From an uncultured Alphaproteobacteria bacterium (lineage in GTDB: Bacteria > Pseudomonadota > Alphaproteobacteria > SP197): a stretch of 64,000 bases of DNA. Where the stretch lies: assembly GCA_938048755.1 (NCBI GenBank), contig CALIUG010000081.1, positions 271 to 64,270 of the forward strand, in the 5' to 3' direction. A program made the translations under genes and the position numbers. Numbering within the stretch: position 1 is the first letter of the stretch; every line of letters starts with the position of its first letter. The notes beneath the pieces were generated by a model. That model did not search any database and had not been told where the DNA came from. It saw nothing but the letters and a program-made list of their open reading frames with translations. Positions 39,116-49,699 of the stretch are shown piece after piece.

Positions 39116-39368
39116 CGCAACGTCCCAACATGGCAGCAGGTGATAGACAGGCGTAGTTGCGGCCGATCTGGCGCAGGAGAAACGGTTCTTCGGCACTGCA
39201 TTGCTGCAGGGCGCTACGTGCCGCGCTGTCGCAATCGGGAAAAAGACCCAGGATCTCGGTCTCGCGGATCACGACATATTCACCCATATGTTCGGCTTCT
39301 AAGCGATACCGATTGGCTTCGAAGGTCGAGATCTCGGTCTTGAGGTGGTAGTTGTCCATCGCATCCAT
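39087..39368 (-). CDS. Small protein, DUF5678-like
   Basis: F...R..L...H.GEYVVI....ILG.F.....A...A......PFL..QI pattern; GGAGG RBS; overlaps the protease gene. Confidence 0.6.
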   Translation of the reverse strand: MDAMDNYHLKTEISTFEANRYRLEAEHMGEYVVIRETEILGLFPDCDSAARSALQQCSAEEPFLLRQIGRNYACLSPAAMLGRCGAGPFEETS

Positions 39369-39515
39369 GCCCTCCACTGGCGCTTACCATGCCACATCAG
39401 CGAGTCCGGGTCTGACTCGTTCTCGCCATGGATGTCGCTTAGAGACTCGCCTGCTGCTTGACCGTCCCGTGTCCCCGCGCGATAACGCGGCCAATCTGAC
39501 AATGGAGTGGTCCCG

Positions 39516-40508
39516 ATGAATCGGGTTTTTTCCGGCATTCAGCCGACCGGCAGCCTGCACCTTGGCAACTATCTTGGCGCCCTGAAACGTTTCGTGGAAA
39601 TGCAGGACGACTACGAGTGCATCTATTGCATCGTCGATCTGCATGCCATCACCATGCCGTACGACCCTGCGGAACTGCGCGCCAATACGCGTGAGGTGAC
39701 GGCCGGTTTCCTGGCCTCGGGGCTCGACCCCGAACGGTGCGTCATCTTCAACCAGAGCCAGTGCCCGATGCATCCGCGCCTGGGCTGGATGCTGTCGTGC
39801 CTGACACCGCTGGGCTGGCTGAACCGCATGACCCAGTTCAAGGAAAAGGCCGGCAAGAAACGTGAGCAGGCAAGTCTGGGACTTTACGGATACCCCGTGC
39901 TCCAGGCCGCCGACATCATCGGCTATCACGCCACGCACGTGCCCGTGGGCGAGGATCAGAAGCAGCATCTCGAGCTCAGCCGCGATATTGCCGGTGCCTT
40001 CAACCGTCAGTTCGGCGTCGACTTCTTTCCGCTGCCCGAACCGGTCATCACCGGCGAGGCGACGCGGGTAATGTCCCTGCGTGACGGAACGAAGAAGATG
40101 TCGAAGTCCGACGAGAGCGATTACTCGCGCATCAATCTCAACGACGACCGCGACACCATTGCGCTGAAGTTCCGCAAGGCACGTACCGACAGTGAGCCTG
40201 GTGTCACCTATGACGCCGAGAACCGGCCCGAAGCCTCGAACCTGATCACGATCTATGCGGCCCTGGCCGACACCTCCCGTCAGGCTGTGGTGGACGACTA
40301 TGCCAGCGCGCAGTTCAGTGACTTCAAGAAGGCGCTGACGGAACTGGCGGTCGAGAAACTGGGCCCGGTCGGTGAGGAAATGAAACGTCTGATGGCTGAT
40401 CCGGGTTACGTCGACGGTGTCCTGAAAGACGGTGCGGAACGCGCGCGCGCGATCGCCATGCCGATCCAGGACGAGGTCGAAGAGATCATGGGTTTTCTCA
40501 AAGCCTAG
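39516..40508 (+). CDS. trpS: Tryptophan--tRNA ligase
   Basis: [42 protein letters not shown]. Confidence 0.99.
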   Translation: MNRVFSGIQPTGSLHLGNYLGALKRFVEMQDDYECIYCIVDLHAITMPYDPAELRANTREVTAGFLASGLDPERCVIFNQSQCPMHPRLGWMLSCLTPLGWLNRMTQFKEKAGKKREQASLGLYGYPVLQAADIIGYHATHVPVGEDQKQHLELSRDIAGAFNRQFGVDFFPLPEPVITGEATRVMSLRDGTKKMSKSDESDYSRINLNDDRDTIALKFRKARTDSEPGVTYDAENRPEASNLITIYAALADTSRQAVVDDYASAQFSDFKKALTELAVEKLGPVGEEMKRLMADPGYVDGVLKDGAERARAIAMPIQDEVEEIMGFLKA

Positions 40509-40555
40509 AGCAGGATCGCACCAGACCGTGTGCGGCCTGAAGCGATCAGGCTCTA
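40506..40555. repeat. TAGAGC...GCTCTA palindromic element, copy B (spans both trpS and trmB stop codons)
   Basis: TAGAGC/GCTCTA, GATCGC/GCGATC, CAG/CTG and CCG/CGG pairings. Confidence 0.65.
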
Positions 40556-41254
40556 ACGGTTTCGGCGTTTGAAGGTCAGATAGACCGGCGTGCGCCCGGC
40601 TTTCCCTGCCTTGGCTTCATAACGCGTTCCGGGCCAGTCGTCGGGGCGGTCTTGCCAGTCGCCTGGCCGGCGCGCCGTCCAGACCAGATCGGGATGGGGC
40701 CAGACGGCCGTCATCATCCAACGGGCATAGTCCATGATGTCGGTGGCCAGCCGCAATTCGCCACCATCGGCGAGCAGAACGGCAAACCGTTCGACTGTGA
40801 GCGGGTTGACGATGCGGCGACGCTTGTGGCGTGTCTTGGGCCAGGGGTCGGGAAACAGGACCATGATGCGCTCAAGGCTGGCATCGGGCAGTGCTTCGAG
40901 AAGCGGTCGCACGTCGTCGTCGAGAATACGTACATTGTCGAGCTGCTCATCCTCGACATGGGCGAGCAGGCTGGCCACGCCGTTGATGAAGGGTTCGGCA
41001 CCGATCACCGTGACGTCGCGATTGTGTTTTGCCTGCCAGGCCAGATGCTCTCCGCCGCCAAAGCCTATTTCCAGCCACAGCTGATCTTTCCCCGCAACCG
41101 GGCCCTTCAGGTCCAGCCGTCCGTCCTCGTCGATCTCCGGCCGGATGGTTGGCAGAACCTCGTCGACCAGAGCCTGACGCCGTGGCGTCAGCTCATGGCC
41201 CTTGCGGCGGCCGAAAAGCCGCTGGCGGCCGGGAGTGGGAATCTGTTTGGCCAT
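40553..41254 (-). CDS. trmB: tRNA (guanine-N7)-methyltransferase TrmB
   Basis: LEIGFGGGEH, FPDPWPK.RH.RRR, ATD...YA, TRYEAK. Confidence 0.97.
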   Translation of the reverse strand: MAKQIPTPGRQRLFGRRKGHELTPRRQALVDEVLPTIRPEIDEDGRLDLKGPVAGKDQLWLEIGFGGGEHLAWQAKHNRDVTVIGAEPFINGVASLLAHVEDEQLDNVRILDDDVRPLLEALPDASLERIMVLFPDPWPKTRHKRRRIVNPLTVERFAVLLADGGELRLATDIMDYARWMMTAVWPHPDLVWTARRPGDWQDRPDDWPGTRYEAKAGKAGRTPVYLTFKRRNR

Positions 41255-41266
41255 CGGTGCAATCGG

Positions 41267-41330
41267 CTAGAGCGGATCGTGACAGGGGCGAACCATCCAT
41301 CGTTCGCACCTATCAGGTGAATCCGTTCTG
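41267..41330. repeat. TAGAGC-type palindromic element, copy C
   Basis: CTAGAGCGGAT/ATCCGTTCT, TGACAGG/CCTATCA and GCGAAC/GTTCGC nested stems. Confidence 0.55.
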
Positions 41331-41386
41331 TTTCATGGCGACAGGGCAGCCTGTGATCCCGTTAAACGAGATCACAGGGAATGACG

Positions 41387-42553
41387 TTACGCCAGTGCGG
41401 ACTTGAGTGTGTCAGCCAGATCGGTCTTTTCCCACGAGAAACCACCATCGGCTTCGGGCTCGCGACCCATATGGCCATAGGCCGCCGTGCGCTCGTAGAT
41501 CGGCCGGTCGAGATGGAGGTGGTTGCGGATGCCGCGGGGCGTCAGGTCCATGACCTCGCGCAGGGCTTTCTCAAGCGCTGCCTCGTCACACTGGCCGGTG
41601 CCGTAGGTGTCGACATAGACCGACAGCGGATCAGCAACACCGATGGCATAGGAAAGCTGGATCGAGCAGCGATCAGCCAGACCCGCCGCCACGACATTCT
41701 TGGCGAGGTAACGGCTGGCATAGGCGGCCGAACGGTCGACCTTGCTGGGATCCTTGCCCGAGAAGGCGCCGCCGCCATGGGGTGCTGCGCCACCATAGGT
41801 GTCGACGATGATCTTGCGTCCGGTCAGGCCGCAGTCACCATCGGGTCCGCCAATGACAAAGTTGCCGGTCGGGTTCACATAAAACTGGTCTTCTGGGCAC
41901 ATCCAGCCGTCGGGCAGGACTTCCTCGACATAGGGACGCACGATTTCCTTGACCTGGTCCTGGTTGAGGCTGGCGTCGTGCTGGGTCGATACCACCACGG
42001 AGGTCGCGCGCACCGGCTTGCCGTCTTCATAGGTGAGCGTCACCTGGCTTTTGGAATCTGGCGCCAGCAGCGGCTCGGTGCCGTCGTGGCGCACGTCTGC
42101 CAGGCGTTTGAGGATCTGATGGGAAAGATGGATCGGAGCCGGCATCAGAACCGACGTTTCGCGGCAGGCGTACCCGAACATGATGCCCTGGTCACCTGCA
42201 CCCTCGGCCTTGTTGCCGTCGGCATCGACGCCCTGGGCAATATCGGCGGACTGCTCATGCAGGTGCACCTGCACTTCGGCGTTCTTCCAGTGAAAGCCGT
42301 CCTGTTCATAACCGATCGACTTCACGGCATTGCGTGCAAGTTCCTCGACCCGGTCGATGACCTCATGGGGTCCACGAACTTCGCCGGCAATGACGATCAG
42401 GTTGGTCGTTGTCAGGGTCTCGCAGGCAACGCGGGCGGTTGGATCGGCACCCAGATAGGCGTCCACCACGGCATCGGAGATGCGGTCACAGACCTTGTCG
42501 GGGTGACCTTCGGACACCGATTCGCTGGTGAACAGGTAGCTCTTTCTCGCCAC
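41387..42553 (-). CDS. metK: S-adenosylmethionine synthetase
   Basis: [46 protein letters not shown]; GTG at 42553. Confidence 0.99.
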   Translation of the reverse strand: MARKSYLFTSESVSEGHPDKVCDRISDAVVDAYLGADPTARVACETLTTTNLIVIAGEVRGPHEVIDRVEELARNAVKSIGYEQDGFHWKNAEVQVHLHEQSADIAQGVDADGNKAEGAGDQGIMFGYACRETSVLMPAPIHLSHQILKRLADVRHDGTEPLLAPDSKSQVTLTYEDGKPVRATSVVVSTQHDASLNQDQVKEIVRPYVEEVLPDGWMCPEDQFYVNPTGNFVIGGPDGDCGLTGRKIIVDTYGGAAPHGGGAFSGKDPSKVDRSAAYASRYLAKNVVAAGLADRCSIQLSYAIGVADPLSVYVDTYGTGQCDEAALEKALREVMDLTPRGIRNHLHLDRPIYERTAAYGHMGREPEADGGFSWEKTDLADTLKSALA

Positions 42554-42772
42554 GATCACTCTCCCATGACGCTGATGGTAAAACAGGAACCGAATGGCTG
42601 GCACGCAGCAGCATTCTGATGCGCGCGACACTCGCCGAAGCGGACTGATGGGTCAAGATTTTTGACGTATTGCCACAGTTTTTGGCCACATGCATGCACG
42701 CGGTACGAAGTTTCGGCAGTGAGGGTGCCGACCCCGGTGAACACGAGGGTGCCCCGGAGGTCGGCAATCAGA

Positions 42773-43195
42773 TCAGCCTTCGGCAGGCTTGTCCTTGGGT
42801 CCGGCAGCCTTCACCAGCTCGAAGACCTTGCGACGCAGACGATCATCAGGGATGCGGTAATAGGCACGCACCAGTTCCAATGTTTCGCGTTTGGTCAGGG
42901 TGTCGGGTCCTGAAGGATCCTCCGGCGGAGAAGCCGGCGGTGCGGCGCCACCGCCTGTGGCGGTTTCCTCGGTCATGTCATCGAAGAAGAAGCTGACCGG
43001 CACGTCCAGGATCTGCGACAGCTTGAACAGACGGCTGGAGCCAATCCGGTTCGCACCGCGCTCGTATTTCTGAATTTGCTGGAAGGTCAGTCCCAGTGCC
43101 TGTGCCAGTTTCTCCTGACTCATTCCCAGCAGGGTCCGACGCAATCTGACGCGGCCACCGACATGAATGTCGATCGGATTTGGTTTGCTTACCAT
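42773..43195 (-). CDS. XRE/Cro-C1 HTH transcriptional regulator
   Basis: PIDIHVG.RVR.RR..LGMSQEKL...LGLTFQQIQKYERG.NRI; conserved lnt-metK neighbour. Confidence 0.93.
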   Translation of the reverse strand: MVSKPNPIDIHVGGRVRLRRTLLGMSQEKLAQALGLTFQQIQKYERGANRIGSSRLFKLSQILDVPVSFFFDDMTEETATGGGAAPPASPPEDPSGPDTLTKRETLELVRAYYRIPDDRLRRKVFELVKAAGPKDKPAEG

Positions 43196-43320
43196 AGGTT
43201 CTGGTTCTTTCTCTGCGTTCCCGTTCGTTACTGCGCTCGACGGGTACCGACACGGTTTTCAAGAGCCCCAACAGCACCAACCGCATCGGACAAGAACGTG
43301 ACCCGAATCAACCCTCAGTG

Positions 43321-44916
43321 CTAGCACCGTCCGGTTGCGGAACCTGTTCCCCCATCGCCCACACGATGAGAGGTGTGCAAGGTCCAGGCCAGAATCAGGG
43401 CCAAAGGGATCAGACTGAAAAACAGTGTCCAGTCACCCCACCGCGCATAAAGCGTCGGTGCGGCAACAGGCTCCGGAAGCGCGCCGTCGAGGACACCGCG
43501 ATGACCCAGAGGCAGGCTGGATAGCACGCGTCCCATGGGGTCAATGAAGCCGCTGATGCCGGTATTGGCGACCCGCACCATGGGCAATCCCTGTTCGACA
43601 GCGCGCAGACGGGCAGCCTGAAAGTGCTGATAGGGTCCTGTGGAGTCGCCATACCAGCCGTCGTTCGTGATGTTGAGCAACCAGGATGGTCGCCCCTGAT
43701 CCCTGGTGATTTCGGCCGGAAAGATCACTTCATAGCAGATCAGGGGGCCGAAAGGCGGCAGGTTTCCTTGATTCATGACCACGGGACCAGGTCCGGCGGC
43801 AAAGTCGGTCGTGCCGGGTGTCAGCTTGTCGATGGGCAGAACGCCACGCAGAGGCACGTATTCCCCGAACGGCACCAGGTGATGTTTGTCATAGGTCGCC
43901 ACGAGACCGGTCTGGTCGACGACCAGCATGCTGTTCCAGGGTCGCAGGGTACCGTCTGCCGCCTCCGACGCGCGGACGGCACCGGCCAGCAGCAGGCCGC
44001 CCTCGGGCACAATGGAAGCGGCTTCCTGCAGGGTTACCGGTCGGCGCAACAGCTGGAACGGAATGGCAGCCTCCGGCCAGATGACCGCGGTGGGTTGCTC
44101 GCTCGCAGGTTGCGACAAACTCAGCGCAATATGCGTTGCAAAATGCGATTCCTGCAGTGTGCTGCGCCACTTGTCGGCTTGCGCAATTTTGGCCTGGACA
44201 AGCCTCAAGACGACATCTTGCTGATAGGTTGTGGGATGCTCGGATAGTCGCAGGCTGCCCACGCCCCAGACGACCGCCATGATGCCGACTGACAGACCCA
44301 TGGCGATCAGCGCCCGGCCACGTGGCAACCTGCCGGTGCGGGTCATGAGAGCGGGCAGCAGGGCCGCCAGCAGGATGATTGCCGACAAGGCCCACGGACC
44401 ACCCCAGGCGGCCGGTTGCAGCAGTGCATCCGAGAGGCCCAGGGAGGTGCCAAGCATGTTCCAGGGAAACCCGGTCAGCACCCAGCTGCGCAGCCATTCC
44501 ACCAGAAGCCAGGCCAACATCAGCGCACCGGCCCGTGCCGCGCCCGAAGGCGCGAACCGGGCAAGCACACAAGCCAAAGCCGGGAACAGGCCAAAGCCCA
44601 GCGCAATGGCCAGGAGCGCCAGGGGATACAGCCATCCGAACCGGTCCGCATCGACCAGAAGCGCATTGGCGATCCAGTAGAACCCACCGCCCGAAAACCC
44701 GATGCCGAAGAGCCAGCCGTCGAACCAGGCACGACGGAACGAGCGCGCACCGTTCAGGATCCAGGCAAGCCCGGTCAGGGAAATCAGGGCAACGGGCAGA
44801 ATGTAGAAGGGGGGCAGGGCTGCTGCCAGCAACAGGCCAAGGCCAAGGGCCGCCAGACAACGGCGCCAGCCATGCAGCATTGCAAGCTGCTCGGGCAGGT
44901 TTTCGGGCTTCAGCAC
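43321..44916 (-). CDS. lnt: Apolipoprotein N-acyltransferase (start uncertain)
   Basis: TGFPWN, IWPE, YDKHHLVPFGEY, LICYE, ITNDGW, RAVEQG, ANTGIS. Confidence 0.97.
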   Translation of the reverse strand: MLKPENLPEQLAMLHGWRRCLAALGLGLLLAAALPPFYILPVALISLTGLAWILNGARSFRRAWFDGWLFGIGFSGGGFYWIANALLVDADRFGWLYPLALLAIALGFGLFPALACVLARFAPSGAARAGALMLAWLLVEWLRSWVLTGFPWNMLGTSLGLSDALLQPAAWGGPWALSAIILLAALLPALMTRTGRLPRGRALIAMGLSVGIMAVVWGVGSLRLSEHPTTYQQDVVLRLVQAKIAQADKWRSTLQESHFATHIALSLSQPASEQPTAVIWPEAAIPFQLLRRPVTLQEAASIVPEGGLLLAGAVRASEAADGTLRPWNSMLVVDQTGLVATYDKHHLVPFGEYVPLRGVLPIDKLTPGTTDFAAGPGPVVMNQGNLPPFGPLICYEVIFPAEITRDQGRPSWLLNITNDGWYGDSTGPYQHFQAARLRAVEQGLPMVRVANTGISGFIDPMGRVLSSLPLGHRGVLDGALPEPVAAPTLYARWGDWTLFFSLIPLALILAWTLHTSHRVGDGGTGSATGRC

Positions 44917-44926
44917 CGCGCCGGCG

Positions 44927-45808
44927 TCAGCTCCGCGATGCGCCATAACGCACACGCAGGCGTTTGATCCTCCGTGGATCGGCATCGACGATTTCAAACT
45001 CCAGGCCGGACTCGTGGGGAATCACTTCACCGCGCACGGGTATCCGCCCCAGCAAGGAGTAGACCAGCCCGCCGAGCGTTTCGATATCCTCGTCGCGCTC
45101 ATCGGGAAGCAGATCACAGCCGGTCATCTCTTCAAGCTCTTCAACGGAGGCGCGGGCATGGGCTTCGAACACGCCGCCCTTCTCCGACAGCAGATGGCCG
45201 TCGTCGCTGTCGTGCTCATCCCAGATTTCGCCCACGATGGGCTCGACCAGATCCTCGATCGTGGCAAGCCCGTCGATGCCGCCGAACTCATCGACCACCA
45301 AGGCCATGTGTACCCGTGATGTCCGCATCTTGATCAGAAGATCCAGCACCGGCATCGAAGGCGGGACAAACAGAACATCACGCACGACCGATTCCAGCGG
45401 TGGACCCGGAGGCGGTGTGCCCCAGTGGTCCAGCAGATCGCGCACATGGATCATGCCCATGGGGTCGTCCAGGGACTCGCGATAGACTGGTAATCTGGAG
45501 TGGCCTTCCCGGCGCATGATCTCGACAACCTCGGCAAGCCCAGCCGAAACCTCGATCGCCAACACGTCGGCGCGGGGAACCATCACGTCATCGACACGCA
45601 ACTCCCCGAACTCGAGCAGATTGACCAGCATGGCGCGCTCGGCATCCGACAGTGTCGTGCCGTCGTCCTCATAGTCCTCCAGCAATTCCTCGACGGTTTC
45701 GCGCAGGCTCTCGCCGCTGCGCCCACCGACCAGCTTGCGCAGCCAACCGGCGAATCCGACAGGATTTGGTGATACGGGCGTTGTTCGATCAGCCATGGTG
45801 TCTTTCAC
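44927..45808 (-). CDS. corC: CBS/CorC-HlyC domain protein (Mg/Co efflux family)
   Basis: DVMVPR, HSRLPVY, HMALVVDEFGG.DGL.TIEDLVE.IVGEI.DEHD, DADPRRIK. Confidence 0.92.
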   Translation of the reverse strand: MKDTMADRTTPVSPNPVGFAGWLRKLVGGRSGESLRETVEELLEDYEDDGTTLSDAERAMLVNLLEFGELRVDDVMVPRADVLAIEVSAGLAEVVEIMRREGHSRLPVYRESLDDPMGMIHVRDLLDHWGTPPPGPPLESVVRDVLFVPPSMPVLDLLIKMRTSRVHMALVVDEFGGIDGLATIEDLVEPIVGEIWDEHDSDDGHLLSEKGGVFEAHARASVEELEEMTGCDLLPDERDEDIETLGGLVYSLLGRIPVRGEVIPHESGLEFEIVDADPRRIKRLRVRYGASRS

Positions 45809-46338
45809 GCATAGGGGTTGGGTATCCCGAGACTGGACAGCACCTGGGACTCAAGAGCTTCCATAGCAACGGCATCGTCTTCTTCTTCATGGTCATATCC
45901 CAGGAGGTGAAGGCTGCCGTGCACCACCAGGTGACACAGGTGGTTGCGGGCAGGCACGCCGCTTTCTTCGGCCTCGCGCAGCACGGTCTCGCGTGCCAGC
46001 ACGACATCTCCGATCTCGATGGGAAGGTCCCGGGGTGCGCCGGACGGAATGGAGGGCATCGTTCCCGCAACCAGGTCTTCTGCCGGAAACGACAAGACGT
46101 TCGTGGCCTTGTCCTGCCCGCGCCAGCGGGCGTTGAGTGCGCGAACGGCTTCGTCATTGGTCAGAACAACGGCCATGGAAAGTTGGGGTCCGGGGCAAAC
46201 GTGATCGAGCGCCGCAATACCAGCCAATTCGGCGGCAGCGGGCGCATCCGGCAGCGCCTCGAGCCAGGCAGCATCCTCAAGGGCAAGGTCGACTTCGACC
46301 CTGCCGGTCATACTCGAAGGAAGGCTTTCAACCATCAT
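45805..46338 (-). CDS. ybeY: rRNA maturation endoribonuclease YbeY
   Basis: LN..WRG.DKATNVLSF, HGSLHLLGYDH. Confidence 0.97.
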   Translation of the reverse strand: MMVESLPSSMTGRVEVDLALEDAAWLEALPDAPAAAELAGIAALDHVCPGPQLSMAVVLTNDEAVRALNARWRGQDKATNVLSFPAEDLVAGTMPSIPSGAPRDLPIEIGDVVLARETVLREAEESGVPARNHLCHLVVHGSLHLLGYDHEEEDDAVAMEALESQVLSSLGIPNPYA

Positions 46339-47324
46339 TGCCGCTCCGACTTGGCACCCTGGCCGTCATAGGCGCGCACAATCCGGGTAACCAGTTCATG
46401 GCGTACGACATCGGCAGCCGTGAAGCGCACGGTGCTGATGCCCTTGACGTCTTCGAGCACACGCAGCGCATCGGCCAGACCGGAAGTCTGCCCGGCGGGC
46501 AGATCCACCTGGGTCAGATCGCCGGTCACCACCATGCGGGCATTCTCGCCCAGGCGGGTCAGGAACATCTTCATCTGCACCGGTGTCGTGTTCTGTGCCT
46601 CGTCGAGAATGACGAAGGCGTTGGCCAGCGTGCGCCCGCGCATGAAGGCAAGCGGGGCAACCTCGATGTCGTCGCTTTCCATGCGGCGCGCGACCTTTTC
46701 ACCAGGCATCATGTCATGGAGTGCGTCATAGAGCGGGCGAAGATAGGGATCGACCTTGTCGCGCAGATCGCCGGGCAGGAAGCCCAGTCGTTCACCGGCT
46801 TCCACGGCCGGGCGCGACAGCACGATGCGATCCACCTTGCCTGCTTCCATCATGGCAACGGCCATGGCGACGGCCAGATAGGTCTTGCCGGTACCCGCCG
46901 GCCCCAGCGCAAACACCAGTTCGCTATCCATCAGAGTCTGGAGATAGCGGGCCTGGTTGCGCGATCGCGGCGTGATTCGCCGCTTGGGCGTGCGGATCTC
47001 CATCATCGGTGCCGCTGTCTCGCCATCGGGCAGGGGATCGCTGGCCATGCGCAGTGCGGCATCGACGTCAGCCAGCCCGACCGACAGGCCGCTCTTGAGA
47101 CGACCATACAACTGATTGAGAACAGCCACAGCCGCGTCTGCAGAACCCTCCGGCCCTGCCACGGCGATCTGGTTCCCGCGCGAGGTCAACGAGACCTCAA
47201 GCTGCTGCTCGATACGTGCCAGATTGCGGTCGTGGTCGCCGTAGAGAACCGACAACAGGGCATTGTCGTCAAAGGTCAGGTAACGCAACGCTTCGGCGGT
47301 ATCCTGCACGGTGGGGATCGCCAT
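46335..47324 (-). CDS. phoH: PhoH-like ATPase (YbeZ)
   Basis: GPAGTGKTYLA, RPAVEAGERLGFLPGD, AFMRGRTL, LDEAQN, GD.TQVDLP. Confidence 0.96.
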   Translation of the reverse strand: MAIPTVQDTAEALRYLTFDDNALLSVLYGDHDRNLARIEQQLEVSLTSRGNQIAVAGPEGSADAAVAVLNQLYGRLKSGLSVGLADVDAALRMASDPLPDGETAAPMMEIRTPKRRITPRSRNQARYLQTLMDSELVFALGPAGTGKTYLAVAMAVAMMEAGKVDRIVLSRPAVEAGERLGFLPGDLRDKVDPYLRPLYDALHDMMPGEKVARRMESDDIEVAPLAFMRGRTLANAFVILDEAQNTTPVQMKMFLTRLGENARMVVTGDLTQVDLPAGQTSGLADALRVLEDVKGISTVRFTAADVVRHELVTRIVRAYDGQGAKSERQ

Positions 47325-48727
47325 CAGGCCACCTGCTCGGCAGGTTGCTGCATGGTGTCACCGGCGGTATCGGCCAGAATACCGGTCAGGGACTTTGCAT
47401 TGGCTTCCACCAGCGTTACGGGCGCAATCTGCCCCAGAAGCTGCAGAGGCGCCTCAACATAGACGGCCTGCAGCCAGGGCGTGCGTCCCACCATCTGTTC
47501 GGGCCTGCGGCCAATCCGCTCAAACAGCGCCGGCGCCTGGCAACCCACCGTGGCATGGTTGAACGCCACCTGCTGGGCATCCAGGATCTGCTGAAGCGCG
47601 GCAAGCCGGTCGGATTTCACGGCATCGTCAACCTGCTGGCCCGCGGTCGAAGCCGGCGTACCCGGTCGGGCGCTGTACTTGAACGAAAAGGCCGACGCAT
47701 AGGTGACGTCGGTGACGAGCCGCAACGTATCGGCAAAGTCGGCATCGCTCTCGCCGGGAAAGCCGACAATGAAATCACCCGACATCGCAATATCGGGTCG
47801 GGCGTGGCGGATGCGGTCGATCAGCCGTCGATAGTCATCGGCGGTGTGGCGCCGGTTCATGGCTTTCAGGATCGTGTCGCTGCCCGATTGTACCGGCAGG
47901 TGCAGATAGGGCATCAGGGCGTCGACCTCGCCATGGGCGGCGATCAGATCATCGTCCATGTCCCGAGGGTGCGAGGTCGTGTAGCGGATGCGGTCCAGGC
48001 CATCGATCTCAGCAAGTTTACGGATCAGGCGCGCCAGGGTCCAGTCGCGGCCATCGGGCCCTTCCCCGTGATAGGCATTGACGTTCTGACCCAGCAGCGT
48101 GATTTCGCGCACGCCAGCGCCAACCAGACGGCGTGCTTCGGTCAGCACGGCCTCTCCGGGACGCGAAAACTCGGCACCCCGCGTATAGGGAACAACACAG
48201 AACGTGCAGAACTTGTCACAGCCTTCCTGCACCGAAAGGAAGGCGGAAGGCCCCTCAACCGCCTGTGTTTCAGGCAGGTGGTCAAACTTCGATTCTGCGG
48301 GAAAGTCGGTGTCGAGGACCGCGCCGGTCGAACGGTGCGCGCGTGCGACCAGTTCGGGCAGGCGGTGATAGGTCTGGGGCCCCACGATCAGATCCACGAC
48401 CGGTGCGCGGCGGCGCATTTCCTGGCTCTCGGCCTGGGCAACACAACCCGCCACGGCGATCAGCATCTGATCGCCCCGCTCGGCCGCTTCTTCCTTCAGG
48501 GGGCGCAACCGGCCAAGCTCGGAATAGACCTTTTCTGCCGCCTTCTCGCGGATATGGCACGTGTTTAGGATGACCAGATCCGCCCCGTCCGGCGCATCGG
48601 TCGCTTCATAACCCAACGGCGCCAGCAGATCGGCCATACGACCGGAGTCGTAGACATTCATCTGGCAGCCATAGGTCTTGATATAGAGTTTTCTGGGCAA
48701 TCGCGGATCGCTGTGATGACGCTTCAA
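47324..48727 (-). CDS. miaB: tRNA 2-methylthiotransferase MiaB (start uncertain)
   Basis: [49 protein letters not shown]. Confidence 0.98.
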   Translation of the reverse strand: MKRHHSDPRLPRKLYIKTYGCQMNVYDSGRMADLLAPLGYEATDAPDGADLVILNTCHIREKAAEKVYSELGRLRPLKEEAAERGDQMLIAVAGCVAQAESQEMRRRAPVVDLIVGPQTYHRLPELVARAHRSTGAVLDTDFPAESKFDHLPETQAVEGPSAFLSVQEGCDKFCTFCVVPYTRGAEFSRPGEAVLTEARRLVGAGVREITLLGQNVNAYHGEGPDGRDWTLARLIRKLAEIDGLDRIRYTTSHPRDMDDDLIAAHGEVDALMPYLHLPVQSGSDTILKAMNRRHTADDYRRLIDRIRHARPDIAMSGDFIVGFPGESDADFADTLRLVTDVTYASAFSFKYSARPGTPASTAGQQVDDAVKSDRLAALQQILDAQQVAFNHATVGCQAPALFERIGRRPEQMVGRTPWLQAVYVEAPLQLLGQIAPVTLVEANAKSLTGILADTAGDTMQQPAEQVA

Positions 48728-48854
48728 GAGCGTTCAGTATGGAAGCGGTTCATATCGCTTTAGCAAGGTCCGGTCTCTGGTTCCAAATCCGCCGCTCCTT
48801 GCCGGAACCCGACCAGTGCGGAACGGTCACCATGCCTTAGCAACCCTGCTTGAG

Positions 48855-49685
48855 TCAATTCGTGCGCGCCTTCTTCAGCCGACCGCCCAGGCCGCGCTTC
48901 CGCTTGGGTGGCAGGCGGCCCGAGAGTGCGGTGGAGACGGCGTCACCGATGATCTGCTGGCATTGCTCGGCCAGGACGCGGCGGTCGTCGCCGGCATCTT
49001 CGATGGTCAGGGTCGGATGGAACTGCACGATGACCGTCACAACCCCGGTTTTCAGCATCTGCCAGGCATGGGGCACCAGGTCCATGTCGCCGTACCAGGC
49101 ATAGTTGGGGCGCAGTTCACGATCCATGGGCAGGTTGGAAAACCCGGCATAGGCGATGGAGACCGGCTGCAGGGCGACAGGTTTGTCGTTGATGCGCTGC
49201 TGGGCCACGGCGAACAGGGCGCGCTTGAAGGGCAGGACCTTGTTGCCGTCGCTGGTCGTGCCTTCGGGGAACAGGATCAGGCGTTCACCCGCTTCCAGGC
49301 GCTCCTGAATGGCGGTCTTGTGTTTTCCGGCCTGGCTGCGGCGCCGGTCGACAAAGACGGTGCGCTGCAGCTTGGCCAGAAGGCCGAAACCCGGCCAGCT
49401 GCCGACTTCGGACTTGGCAACAAAGCTTCCGCGCACCAGGGCGCCCAGGATCTCGATGTCGAGGTAGGACGTATGGTTGGCGACAAACAGGCAGGGACGC
49501 TCAAGCGCCACGCGTCCGCGAATGTCCAGGCGGATACCCAGAATGCGCAGCACGATGCGGTGATAGAACTGCGGAAAGGCGTGGCTTGCGCGCGCACCAA
49601 GGGTCACCAGAACGATCTGCACAGGCAGGCAGATCAGGGTGAAGCCGACATAGCCCAATGCCCGGATCGCAGCGAGCAGCGTCAT
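48855..49685 (-). CDS. olsA: Lysophospholipid/lyso-ornithine lipid acyltransferase (OlsA-like)
   Basis: NHTSYLD, FVAKSEV..WP, LFPEGT.SDG, WYGDMDL.PH; adjacent to an olsB-like gene. Confidence 0.8.
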   Translation of the reverse strand: MTLLAAIRALGYVGFTLICLPVQIVLVTLGARASHAFPQFYHRIVLRILGIRLDIRGRVALERPCLFVANHTSYLDIEILGALVRGSFVAKSEVGSWPGFGLLAKLQRTVFVDRRRSQAGKHKTAIQERLEAGERLILFPEGTTSDGNKVLPFKRALFAVAQQRINDKPVALQPVSIAYAGFSNLPMDRELRPNYAWYGDMDLVPHAWQMLKTGVVTVIVQFHPTLTIEDAGDDRRVLAEQCQQIIGDAVSTALSGRLPPKRKRGLGGRLKKARTN

Positions 49686-49699
49686 GCGCCCGGCACCAT

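Noticed and set aside
42554-42630. Possible SAM-II or SAM-SAH riboswitch in the metK leader
   Set aside because: Only a short CGGTTCCTG resemblance; the required pairings were not found
48770-48830. Minus-strand GGGTTCCGGCAAGGAGCGGC resembling the SRP RNA core
   Set aside because: Lacks the CAGG/GNRA/AGCAG geometry and a long closing helix; an Rfam search would be needed to revive it
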